In this document: positions 50,383 to 59,888 of the stretch, piece by piece | Position numbering within the stretch: the first letter of the stretch is position 1 | Layout: each line of letters begins with the position of its first letter | NCBI GenBank assembly: GCA_009859145.1 | Contig: VRVR01000046.1 | Span: forward strand, 62,001 to 126,000 | Direction: 5' to 3' | DNA: 64,000 nucleotides | DNA from: Andalucia godoyi And28 | Taxonomy: Eukaryota; Protista; Jakobida | Notes under the pieces: generated by a model | Told to the model about the DNA's origin: nothing | What the model saw: the letters and a program-made list of their open reading frames with translations, nothing else | Databases searched by the model: none | Program-made: the position numbers and the translations under genes

Positions 50383-50988
50383 TTAAAGTGCCTTCATTTT
50401 TCCCGCCAGTTTGCAAAGGGTGTTAATGTTCCTCGACGTGTTCAATTCTCTGAATGCGGGTTTCAACAGCACTTTGGCGAACGGCGAACTGACTGTCATT
50501 CCTTTCAGCACTTTCCAGTAGACTATTCCTTCCATTGGACCCTTTTCAATGGATTCCTCTTTTGAGTCGAGTAGCTTGCCTTGCGCAGCAAGATCTGCAG
50601 CGACTTCAGGACGCACAAACAAGACATAATGCTGGAATCTTGCTTCAAACCGATCAAAAGGATACCTTTCAACGATTTCGTCCAAGTCAGATAGCTTCAC
50701 AACCATGATCTTTGCGTTGTATCCAAATGTTGCACTCACTTTTCTTTCCAGGATTTGCTGCACACCTGGAATATCATCATCAGATGTAGTAGGAGAGGAA
50801 AACGAGGAAAACGAAGAAGAAGATGAAGAGGAGGAGGAGGAGGAGGAGGCTGCAAAAGCAACATTTCCGCTTGCTAAGACATACGAAACATCCGTGAAGC
50901 CGCAAGACTCGTAGCATGCTTTGAGGTCTTGCATCTTGATCACTCTGCCGCCGACATTGATCCCGCGAAGAAACGACACATACATCAT
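50383..50988 (-). CDS. DUF1697 family protein
   Basis: YVSFLRGINVGG..MQDLK..GFTDVSYVLASGNV and C-terminal TSRNINTLCKL. Confidence 0.85.
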   Translation of the reverse strand: MMYVSFLRGINVGGRVIKMQDLKACYESCGFTDVSYVLASGNVAFAASSSSSSSSSSSSFSSFSSPTTSDDDIPGVQQILERKVSATFGYNAKIMVVKLSDLDEIVERYPFDRFEARFQHYVLFVRPEVAADLAAQGKLLDSKEESIEKGPMEGIVYWKVLKGMTVSSPFAKVLLKPAFRELNTSRNINTLCKLAGKMKAL

Positions 50989-51199
50989 CTGCTTTTTGCT
51001 CTTTTTTTTTCTTTCCAACAACATTGAAGAAGAAGAAGATGGATAGAAAAATAGAAATCCGTGGAATCTGCGTTGAATTGGCAAATGGACTGAAGACTGG
51101 ATTGGAGGGTCTGTGTTTGCTGCGACACAGTACTTGAGTGTGCTGCGCGTGCTGCTGTGGCGCAACCTCGGAAGATGCAGACACTTGCCGCGCGTTTGA

Positions 51200-51295
51200 C
51201 ACCTGCGATGCACTGCATCAATACTGTTGCAATGTTGCATGACAATCGATCCTACGAATCAATCGTCTAGGGGACCAGGCGCCACACACACACAC
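51200..51295 (-). ncRNA. candidate omegaRNA scaffold (copy D2)
   Basis: GACGATTGAT/ATCGATTGTC 10-bp stem, CATTGCA/TGCAGTG stem, and CGCCTG pairing with CAGGTG. Confidence 0.6.
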
Positions 51296-51456
51296 ACAAC
51301 TGCATGCGCGCACCGTGTTCTTCAATTTCTGATGGATGTTCCCACGCACCGCACATGTCTTGGACGTGTATTCCTCTGTCACAATGACAACAATGGTTCC
51401 ATTCTCTGTCGCCTTGTGCAGCAGTCTCTGGGCGGAATTGGAAGGAGCCCTCACGT
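51200..51456 (-). mobile_element. Copy D2: Fanzor2 RuvC-II fragment plus right end, near-identical to D1
   Basis: About 200 nt differ from 13960-14159 by roughly six substitutions and a (GT)n length change. Same QRLLHKA..EEYTSKTC..HQKL|KN junction. Ends GCAGGTG. Confidence 0.88.
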
Positions 51457-51603
51457 GGAAGAGAGACGGCGACTTCGGTTTTTTTTTTTTTGTTTTTGTT
51501 TTTTTTATTATTTTTTTTTTAAAGTTCTAACCGGATGGGGACGATGAAAACGAAATAAATCACGATGAAGAACAGTACAAAAAGGTTGCCAACGGTACGG
51601 AAT

Positions 51604-52551
51604 TTACCATAGAAAGGGGACGAGTCTGCATTTGGACGACCAGTTAGACTGCGGGAACTTGTCGACATACCACTTTCTGCTTTGATGAGCCCCGACTGCG
51701 AGGTTCGATACGACAAAGAAGAAACATGGCCACATGCCGCTCGTCCTGCCGGCGAGCATCGCAAGCGCAAGATAGATACCTATTTCGCATAGATAATGCG
51801 GACTTGCTGTGTAGCGAAAGAATACACTCGTTGGGACCTTGTACCGCTGGATCGCCTTTCCTGCTTTCCTGGAATCCGGACTCAATCTTGGTCGCAAGTT
51901 GGAAAGATGGACATGCACAAAATGCTGCACTGCAGAACACAGCACAAACATCGTCATAGCCAGCATCTCATCGAGGCTGCCCCCAGTGCTCTTACTGACG
52001 TTCATGGATATCAAGTCTGGAAAGCAGTCGTTGAACGCATGCTGGCTGAGAATGCAGTGGGGCTGGGCTAGTGCGTGCCAGAACTCTTGGGAGGTGAAGG
52101 AAACTGGCGCGGAAACATGCACCGAAAGAGCAGCCAAGGAGTAGAATGCGATTCCAGCCATGACTGACAGTATCGGCATCTTTGCGTGCGAGTACTGATG
52201 CACAAACAGGCATTCATACAGTCGCCGGAGCAGTTGGATTTGGAAGAGAACAATGTGGATTCTCCGAGTCGAGAGTTTCGGAACCACCATGTGGAAAACA
52301 ATGGTCAGCACAATGCCGATGGCGTAGAACGAGATCCAAGCGACTCGATAACGAATGCCCCAGCCGCCGGAGCCTCTCTCCACACTTCTTCTGCCGTAGT
52401 TCACAATCCGACGGATCGCTGGAACGTGGAACTGCAGCAAGAAGACGATGATGCATGCGATCCACGAACCCGCCACGCATACTGATAACAACAGAGTGGA
52501 TTGCGGAATCGGCCAAGCATTCAACACATTGTGAATCCAATACAGGACCAT
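51604..52551 (-). CDS. SRD5A3: polyprenol reductase (SRD5A3/DFG10)
   Basis: LRRLYECLFV, QHFVHVHLSNLR, YKVP..FRYTASPHYLCEI, SNLAVGAHQSRKWY..LVPFLW. Start 52551 or 52569. Confidence 0.88.
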   Translation of the reverse strand: MVLYWIHNVLNAWPIPQSTLLLSVCVAGSWIACIIVFLLQFHVPAIRRIVNYGRRSVERGSGGWGIRYRVAWISFYAIGIVLTIVFHMVVPKLSTRRIHIVLFQIQLLRRLYECLFVHQYSHAKMPILSVMAGIAFYSLAALSVHVSAPVSFTSQEFWHALAQPHCILSQHAFNDCFPDLISMNVSKSTGGSLDEMLAMTMFVLCSAVQHFVHVHLSNLRPRLSPDSRKAGKAIQRYKVPTSVFFRYTASPHYLCEIGIYLALAMLAGRTSGMWPCFFFVVSNLAVGAHQSRKWYVDKFPQSNWSSKCRLVPFLW

Positions 52552-53011
52552 TCCTTCTCGAGTGCGCATCTCTTGGCCTCGCCTCTCGTGTCCCCCGAGT
52601 TGGCCTTGCAAACTCCTCCCACGTCTCCACGTCTCGCCGTCGAGTCCTCTCGGTTTGCTGTACTGTAGATGCTCGACGGTGCGTACAGTGGTTTTTCTCC
52701 GAATTGGAGCCACGTGATATGTAGAATCAACTCGATTGCATTGATGCCAGGTTCTTGAAGGAAGCAGGATTCGTTATCCGCCGTCCTTTTATAACTCCAT
52801 TATGTCATTTTCCTTTTGGACTTTTTGGACTTTTTGGACTCGGAAGTGCGACGAACGACAAAGGAAGTGTTTTTTGAAATTAATTTTATCGTTTTTGGTT
52901 TCGTCCCCTGTTGATTAGCTGTCCATAGTGCCTACATTGCGGGTGTATTTACCAGCTACGTGAGTTCAGCCAGTTGCGAATACAACTCACAGCTTGTGGT
53001 TGTTCCCTGGA

Positions 53012-55324
53012 ATGCTTCATGTGCGCCTCGTCGAGGGAAGCAGTTCCAATTCATCTACAGACGTTGATGTGATTCCCTGCGCAACTGGAAATCCGCGCAT
53101 TGAAGAGATCTCTGGGATTCTGAAGCTTTATACTCGTCGACCGTCTTTTCAGCTCTTTCTATCGAATCAAGCATCATCCTCATCCTCCGCCTCGGCCTCG
53201 TCGTCGGCGTCGGCGTCTGTATCATCCGGGTCCGATGGTCATCATCCCATGAACGGTCTGCAGAGATTGACTAACGAGCGTAATCGAGATCCAACCGTGG
53301 ACGACCGCGATGCTGATGACTGGGGTCCCGACGATACTTTGCTTGTTATATTGGCAGTCCCGACATACCTGTCGGTCGGGGACTTGCTTTCTTTTGCGCC
53401 GCTGCTGCGCGGAACTGTTCGTCATTTCGTAGCGTTGCGGGACGCTCGGAAACATGGCAGCTGTACGAGTGGTGTTGAGGGTGGAAATGGATCAACGTCC
53501 CATCAGATGTTGTTACTGGACTTTCGGAGCGTTGATGCTGCAAGACAGTTTTTTGAAGAGTATCAAGACCGTCCTTGGACGAGCATCGCCCCGCAGTTGT
53601 GTAGGATCGCTCGGGTTGCGTCATTTCAAGCAAAGCTTTCCAAACGGCTTCTCACGACCGAAGGTTCGGAGACTTCGTCGTCGTCTACTTTGTCGTCTTC
53701 GTCAACTTCTGCATTGGCTTCTGATTCTGGGACCGTTTTGGTTGCTGGATGGCCTTCAGTTTCCTTTGACCTACCGGCGGGAGACGAGCTGCCAACGTGT
53801 GCAGTCTGTTTGGAAAGACTGGATGCTGCTGCATCCGGCATCTACACTATTGCATGCACACATTCATTTCACTGCGATTGCCTGGAACAGCTTCCTGCGC
53901 TTGTGTGTCCAGTGTGTCGATACGCTGCGCACGCAACCAGGAATCTTCGAAAGCTGCCGAGGTCACCCGTCTTGCCAACCCGATCTCCGTCAATCTCCAA
54001 TCACATCCATCCTGCATCTGTTGCGTCGAAGCCAGCCAGCTATGCTCAGATCGCGGCGAGCGACGGTAGCACAAGGGCGACGACTTCTGCCGCCGCTGCT
54101 GTTGATGTTGCTGTGGATCCGGACGAGGCTTCAGATGACTCAGCGGACGTCACCTCGCCGCTTGTTCCAGCCTCGAAGAGAAAAAACGTGTTTGCCAGTG
54201 CACGAGGAACGTCGCTTGGAGGCAGTCGTCCGAATGCAGGAACTGCATCCGCGGGACCCACAGGTGTTTCTGCGAGCCGTCGCGAAGTTTCCAGTGGCGG
54301 TACGGCCGAAAGTAGCAATGTGCATGAGACGGAGACGCAGGGGAACAGTCTCGATGGCGAATTGCCGACTGCGGAGGAACCTGAGGTGTTTTCCCAGTGC
54401 GCAGAATGCGGTGCCGATTCTCACTTGTGGATGTGCATGCTGTGTGGATCCGTGGGTTGCTCGAGATATCACGGTGGACACGCCCGGACCCACTATGAAA
54501 AGACGCAGCATGCATTTGCCATTGAGCTAGGTACCCAGCGAGTGTGGGACTATGTGGGGGACCAGTACGTTCATCGAATGATTGGAGACGAGTCCGGCAC
54601 CAAGATTGTGCAGTACGATCGGAAAAAGGAGGGCAAGAAGAGCAAGGCCAAGGGAGGCAAGTCGTCGTCGGGAGGCAAGCTGCGTAGGCATCCATCGAAG
54701 AGGTCGCCAGCAGGCTCGGGAATAGGCGGCTGGGAGTCAGACCAGTCTTTCGGGAGTGACGACTCGGATGATGTGGACTCGGAGGCTGACGGAAATGAAC
54801 TGACAGCAGACGGGTCGTCTCCGGTTGCAGTGGACGACCGGCTGTTTGAACAGTGCATCAAACCGATGCTCGAGTTTCAGCAAAAGTATTTTGAGGAAAT
54901 GCTGGAGAGACGCGATGGCAAAATCTCAGACCTCGAAGTCAAGCTGTCGTCGTCGTTGCATGCTGTTGACCGAGCCTGCAATTCCATCAAGAGCCTGGAA
55001 GACAGGCTGCGGTCCATGGAGGACCGTGTCCGGCATTCCGAAGAGCATGCGCGGGCGTCTGAGGACCTTTTGAAGAAGGAAAAGTCGATTTCAAACGCTC
55101 TGCAGCTCGCGGTTGACGAATGGAAAACCAGGGCGGGCAAGTCCGAGAAGAAAGTTCTCGAACTCGAAGACCAAGTCAAGGACTTGTTGCTGCACCTCGA
55201 TTCACAAGCTAGGGTCTTTGAAAACGGAGGCGATGCGATCGGCGGTTCCGTCGAAATTGGAAAGTCCTCAAAGGACAGGCTGCGCGATCGCATTCGTGAA
55301 AAACAGTCGGCTCGTAAGAAGTAA
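53012..55324 (+). CDS. BRAP: BRAP2/ETP1 E3 ligase (BRAP2 domain, RING, ZnF-UBP, coiled coil)
   Basis: ELPTCAVCLERLD..CTHSFHCDCL..CPVCRY and LWMCMLCGSVGCSRYHGGHA..QRVWDYVGDQYVHR. Confidence 0.92.
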   Translation: MLHVRLVEGSSSNSSTDVDVIPCATGNPRIEEISGILKLYTRRPSFQLFLSNQASSSSSASASSSASASVSSGSDGHHPMNGLQRLTNERNRDPTVDDRDADDWGPDDTLLVILAVPTYLSVGDLLSFAPLLRGTVRHFVALRDARKHGSCTSGVEGGNGSTSHQMLLLDFRSVDAARQFFEEYQDRPWTSIAPQLCRIARVASFQAKLSKRLLTTEGSETSSSSTLSSSSTSALASDSGTVLVAGWPSVSFDLPAGDELPTCAVCLERLDAAASGIYTIACTHSFHCDCLEQLPALVCPVCRYAAHATRNLRKLPRSPVLPTRSPSISNHIHPASVASKPASYAQIAASDGSTRATTSAAAAVDVAVDPDEASDDSADVTSPLVPASKRKNVFASARGTSLGGSRPNAGTASAGPTGVSASRREVSSGGTAESSNVHETETQGNSLDGELPTAEEPEVFSQCAECGADSHLWMCMLCGSVGCSRYHGGHARTHYEKTQHAFAIELGTQRVWDYVGDQYVHRMIGDESGTKIVQYDRKKEGKKSKAKGGKSSSGGKLRRHPSKRSPAGSGIGGWESDQSFGSDDSDDVDSEADGNELTADGSSPVAVDDRLFEQCIKPMLEFQQKYFEEMLERRDGKISDLEVKLSSSLHAVDRACNSIKSLEDRLRSMEDRVRHSEEHARASEDLLKKEKSISNALQLAVDEWKTRAGKSEKKVLELEDQVKDLLLHLDSQARVFENGGDAIGGSVEIGKSSKDRLRDRIREKQSARKK

Positions 55325-55535
55325 GCCGCTGCACCAAAAGAATGTACATACAAAAAGTACACGGATATTTCTTCTCGTGTATGCAGTATTTTATTTGGCA
55401 CTTTGGGTAAACTGCTCACCAGGAGTGCGAAGACGGGGGATGTGAGATGCAGCACAGAGAATTCCAACAGGGAATAAATTCATCAAGTGGCTTAGCTTTT
55501 TTTTATCCCTCTATAGACAAGAAACACAACAACAT

Positions 55536-55979
55536 TTAGGCAACAAGGATGCAAGCACCTCCGACGGCCTTGATCTTGCGCTCAGCCTCGGCAGAGAAGA
55601 ACTTTGCCTTGACAATCACGGGCTGCTCGGGGAGAGTTCCGCGTCCAAGAACCTTGAACACACCGGCTGCAGTGCAGTCGATGATGGGGGCCTTATCCTT
55701 CTTGTCGGCATAGTAGGTACGAGTCTGTTCCGAAACAAGAGTCCACAGCTTGTCAACGTTGACGGTGGGGCAGTGGAACTGGTTGTTGGTCTTGTGGAAG
55801 TAGCGCATACCGACCTTTCCGAAGTATCCAGGGTGGTACTTGTCCATGAGGATACGGTGGTGGTGCATACCTCCGGCATTACCACGACCACCAGGGTGGT
55901 GGCGGTGCTTGCCGATGCGGCCGTAGCCCATCGTAACGTGGCCACGCTTCTTGCGGGTCTGGCGGAGCCGGGTAACCAT
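55536..55979 (-). CDS. RPL27A: 60S ribosomal protein uL15 / L27a
   Basis: [62 protein letters not shown]. Intronless, ATG 55979. Confidence 0.98.
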   Translation of the reverse strand: MVTRLRQTRKKRGHVTMGYGRIGKHRHHPGGRGNAGGMHHHRILMDKYHPGYFGKVGMRYFHKTNNQFHCPTVNVDKLWTLVSEQTRTYYADKKDKAPIIDCTAAGVFKVLGRGTLPEQPVIVKAKFFSAEAERKIKAVGGACILVA

Positions 55980-56145
55980 CTTGACGAATTGAAAGGAAAA
56001 GGGAAGGTCCACACACACAAGTAAAAGAAGAGGGAGAAGGAAAAAGACAGAAGAGAGAGATGGACAGAAGAAACAAAGAGAACAGCCTTCTCTAATAATT
56101 CTCGGGAACATCAATTGGGACGGTGGAAATTGGGAGAAACCAAAA

Positions 56146-56221
56146 GGAAGACCTAGGGTTAGCAGGAGGGGCCGTTCTCTTTTGTGAAATGGGGGCTTTC
56201 CCGGAAGGAAGGCCTAGGGTT
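56146..56221. promoter_or_regulatory. twin telo-box-like motifs upstream of RPL27A
   Basis: GGAAG(A/G)CCTAGGGTT at 56146-60 and 56207-21, 61 bp apart. Confidence 0.5.
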
Positions 56222-56716
56222 GCATGGTCGAAGCATTTCAAGCTGCATTTTGTTAACGAAACAAGCACTAATGAAAAGTCTGAAACCGCGGTCCCCGCCG
56301 ACTACGGTCGAGTCATCTCGTCTTTTTCCGCCACCTCCCACAAAAGGGCCGGGAAAAGGCTGGCAGTTGAGCGGAGACGACTCAAGCAGCTACATACAGC
56401 AGTTCAGAGTGCGGAAACCGACTGGCAACTGGGTGTCCAGGCAAGGCAAAGGAGGCAACGGGCAAGGCAAAGGGGGGCAACGGGCACCAACGGGCACAGA
56501 ACGCTCCTCTGACATATTGCGTGTTTTGAATGCAGTGCAACGGTGTAGTCACGCTACGTAGTGCTGGGAGGTATGCGGGTTGTGCACCGGTGTATGAGTT
56601 TTTTTACAGGCCAATTCTAAATCCGTTCGGCACAGATGGGCAAATGTGTACGCTGTCTACCTTTGTACTTTGGTCGCCGGACCACCCAGGAGCAGGGCGT
56701 GAAATTTGCATGGGTT

Positions 56717-57460
56717 CTAGACGGTCCTTCTTTCGGCGGCGTCAAGAGATACGTGCTGCTGCGTCAGCACGAGTTGCATGGAATGTAGCTGGGAACGAAG
56801 CTGCTCGTTTTCATCTTCAAGATGCCGCAGTCGCTGCAACACCGACTGTTCCGGAACCTCGGGTCCATCGTGCATCTGTCCGATCCCCTGCAGTCCGTCC
56901 AGTTCGGCAGCGTTGATTGATCCCGCGAGTCGACTGTCGCCGTTGCCCAAGCTGCCCGATTCATACAGCCCGAGAGCACCGGGCGTTGCATGCGAGCTCG
57001 CGCTCCCGGAGTCTGCACTGACCGAGGCATACAAATATGGACTCCCAATCTCCATATCTAGGGACCACGAACTCGCTCGGCCGTATGTCTGCAGCGAACC
57101 GCGTCTACGACCCATCTTTCGCCCAGCGATGGGCCCTAGCGTAAGGCACTCGTCCACCACATCGTTCTCATGCGCATCGCCACCAACCCCGCTGCCACTT
57201 CGGCTGCCGCCAAGGCTCATACTGCTGTTCATACTGGACCGCTCATCGGCCACAATATACCCGCCGGATCCCATCAGCATGGGGACCTGCAGCTCGGCAA
57301 AATCCCCAGCTATCGAATCTCGATGTATCATTGCGGAATCGAGCCCCCCGTTCTCAAGCATCCTCGGCGTCCGCAGAGCCGGAAACAGCTCTGTGTCGTC
57401 CAGGGACATTCCGCCATCTGAAAGCATCTGACTTCTACTTCTTTTGACTCTCATTACCAT
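56717..57460 (-). CDS. hypothetical protein with a C-terminal coiled coil
   Basis: 247-aa ATG ORF ending VLQRLRHLEDENEQLRSQLHSMQ. No family recognised. Confidence 0.6.
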   Translation of the reverse strand: MVMRVKRSRSQMLSDGGMSLDDTELFPALRTPRMLENGGLDSAMIHRDSIAGDFAELQVPMLMGSGGYIVADERSSMNSSMSLGGSRSGSGVGGDAHENDVVDECLTLGPIAGRKMGRRRGSLQTYGRASSWSLDMEIGSPYLYASVSADSGSASSHATPGALGLYESGSLGNGDSRLAGSINAAELDGLQGIGQMHDGPEVPEQSVLQRLRHLEDENEQLRSQLHSMQLVLTQQHVSLDAAERRTV

Positions 57461-57491
57461 TTCAAACCTCCGTCTCTCGTGTTTACGTTGC

Positions 57492-57506
57492 AGCAGTAGC
57501 AGTAGC

Positions 57507-57539
<33 letters not shown>

Positions 57540-57558
57540 TGTTGTTGTTGTTGTTGCT
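57492..57558. repeat. compound (TAG)n(TTG)n microsatellite
   Basis: Directly visible. Confidence 0.9.
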
Positions 57559-58507
57559 GTTTGTGTGCTTTTGCTTCCGTGTGGATTTCTATGTTTGCGT
57601 CTGGAAAAAGCTACACAGTCAAGGCGCAAATTCTAAAGTCTTCCTTTCTTTTTTTAATTACTATGCGCGTCGTCTGGAATTGACAGAAACACTTCGCCGG
57701 TCCGGAGGGAAAACTCCCACCCAGTGGAACTGCACACACTTGAACTGCAGAAACACCTTCTTATGATACTTTGCGCCGTTTCACATCCGTCAGGTCACAC
57801 AGGTCATCCGCTTCTACGAGCCCCCCATTTCAAGTATGTAAGCAAGTCCCGCATTTTTTTTGTATGAGAGAGTGAATGTTCACAAGACAAACGGGAAACA
57901 ACAAAGAAGAGCACAAAGAAGGATGCAGTGTGAATAGCAACAACATACTGTGAAAAGCAAGCGGAGCCACAAAGTGTCGCGCCATGTCCTCAGCGACTCG
58001 GCCAGCACGCCCAGCTCGATTCTCGGTGTCCGACACATCCGAGTCCGCGTCCGAGTCGTCATCATCCACGATCCTTTCGCGGATCTTTCCCTCGACCTCG
58101 AGCGCCCTCTTTGACATTTTCTCTTTCCGCAGCCTTTTTTTTTCTCTCTGCTTTCCCTTCGGGCACTTGGTACTCGGCTCACAGTGGTGGACTCGACAGG
58201 ACTCGCTGAGACGTTGTGACGCTGCGAGCCTGCAAGGAATTGCGAAAAGGCGGGCGTCTGTCGACCGTAGCGAAAGAATCCCCCGACAGCGATGCATCGT
58301 ACCAAATGCACGATAAAACAATTGTCCGTCCTTTCGCAAAATCATTGCAGACTCGATAGCTATCTTGGACAATGGTGACTGTTTCTCGTTTGATTGCAGT
58401 CGTCTTATTTGAGCATCCCGCGCATTGGCACTGGTAGAGCGACAGGCCCGGGAAAGCGTGAGCAGGAGAAGCAAAGGAAAAGGAAAAAAAGAAAAAAAAG
58501 AAACAGC

Positions 58508-59566
58508 ATGCATCGAAGGATGGTTTCGACGGTCTCTCGGCCGATGACGATTGGCTTTATTGGACTTGGCCAAATGGGCTCACGCATGGCGCCGCATCTC
58601 TTGACTGCCCGCCCTAACCCTAACCCTAATCCTAGCTCTAGCTCTAGCGGTAGCGGTAGCGGTGCGTCCTTGGACTTTGATTTGGATGCGTCGGGAGTGC
58701 CACCGCGGCTGCTGGTGTGCGACAACTCGTCGAGTGCAATGGCGTCCTTTTGCGCGCTGCACCCTTCTGCGACTGCGGCAACCATCGAGACCATTGCATC
58801 GACCGCGAATATTATTGTCACGATGCTGCCGACCCCGGCGATCGTCGACTCGGTGTACTCGACGCTGTTTGCACGAGCGTCTACGGCGGGCAGTGACGGC
58901 TCTTCCACAACGAGCCGGCGCCTGTTCATGGACTGCAGCACCATTGACGCTGCGACGACGCGAGCTCTGGCGTCACGCGTCCCCGCGTCTTCCCACTTTG
59001 TGGACGCCCCGGTGTCTGGCGGCGTGAATGGGGCTGCGCAGGGGACGCTGACGTTCATGGTCGGCGGGCCGGCAGCGTCGTTTGCGGTGGCCGCTCCCAT
59101 CTTGCGACGGATGGGAAAGGCCGTTGTCCACTGTGGCGCAGCAGCAGGCTCCGGACAGGTCGTGAAGGCCGCGAACAATCTCGTGCTGGGAGTGTCGATG
59201 ATTGCAGTAGCCGAGGCGATGGCCATGGGTGTTCGAGCGGGTGTCGACCCTGCTGTCCTCGCATCCGTCATCAACGTTTCCACAGGCCGATGCTGGTCCT
59301 CCGACTCATACAACCCGGTCCCAGGCGTCATGCCCAACGTCCCCTCGGCCCGCAACTATGACGGTGGATTCGCAGTGGAACTCATGAAGAAGGACATTGC
59401 ACTCGCCCTGCAGGCCGGTAAGGAATCAGGTCTTTCGATGGCCGCTGCAAAGCTCGCTCTGCAAGAATACTCGGCTCTTGCTGACCATCCAGACTTCAAG
59501 GGAAAGGACTTTTCCGCTGTCTACAAGTATGCCATGGACCAGGCCGCAGCCGCCTCCAAAGCGTAG
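58508..59566 (+). CDS. HIBADH: 3-hydroxyisobutyrate dehydrogenase, mitochondrial
   Basis: IGFIGLGQMG, IIVTMLP, FVDAPVSGG..GTLTFMVGG, VKAANNL, STGRCWSSDSYNPVPGV. Start MHRRM 58508. Confidence 0.95.
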   Translation: MHRRMVSTVSRPMTIGFIGLGQMGSRMAPHLLTARPNPNPNPSSSSSGSGSGASLDFDLDASGVPPRLLVCDNSSSAMASFCALHPSATAATIETIASTANIIVTMLPTPAIVDSVYSTLFARASTAGSDGSSTTSRRLFMDCSTIDAATTRALASRVPASSHFVDAPVSGGVNGAAQGTLTFMVGGPAASFAVAAPILRRMGKAVVHCGAAAGSGQVVKAANNLVLGVSMIAVAEAMAMGVRAGVDPAVLASVINVSTGRCWSSDSYNPVPGVMPNVPSARNYDGGFAVELMKKDIALALQAGKESGLSMAAAKLALQEYSALADHPDFKGKDFSAVYKYAMDQAAAASKA

Positions 59567-59691
59567 CGGGCCACCGTCCACCCCCCATACATAGGACGCT
59601 GGGAGTTTGGAGCCAAAGAGGATGATAGTACAAGGTAAAGCGACGGTAGTAGATGGTCTCTTGAACGGAGCGTTTTTGGTATTTGCTTTTG

Positions 59692-59740
59692 GTATTTGCT
59701 TTTGCTTTTGCTTTTGCTTTTGCTTTTGCTTTTGCTTTTG
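59692..59740. repeat. (TTTTGC)n hexamer repeat
   Basis: Directly visible in the HIBADH 3' spacer. Confidence 0.85.
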
Positions 59741-59888
59741 TTGTTTTTGACATAGAAAGGAGGACGCTGCTGATTCCTTTGGCTTGTGTTTTTTGTTTTT
59801 TTGGGGTGAACCTTATTCTGCTTTGAGTTTTCTGCCATTTAGTGGGGAAGGGCGGAAAGAGAGGACTGAGGGAGGAGGAGGCGGAAAC

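Noticed and set aside
52929-53000. CAATGTAGGC on the minus strand resembling the element right end, with a nearby hairpin
   Set aside because: Only 9-10 nt match. No GCCT/CCC 5' segment, no TGCARCATTG linker and no coding relic. Within chance expectation.
9381-59740. Tandem repeats as a possible CRISPR-like array
   Set aside because: All are simple 2-6 bp microsatellites without unique spacers. No cas genes.
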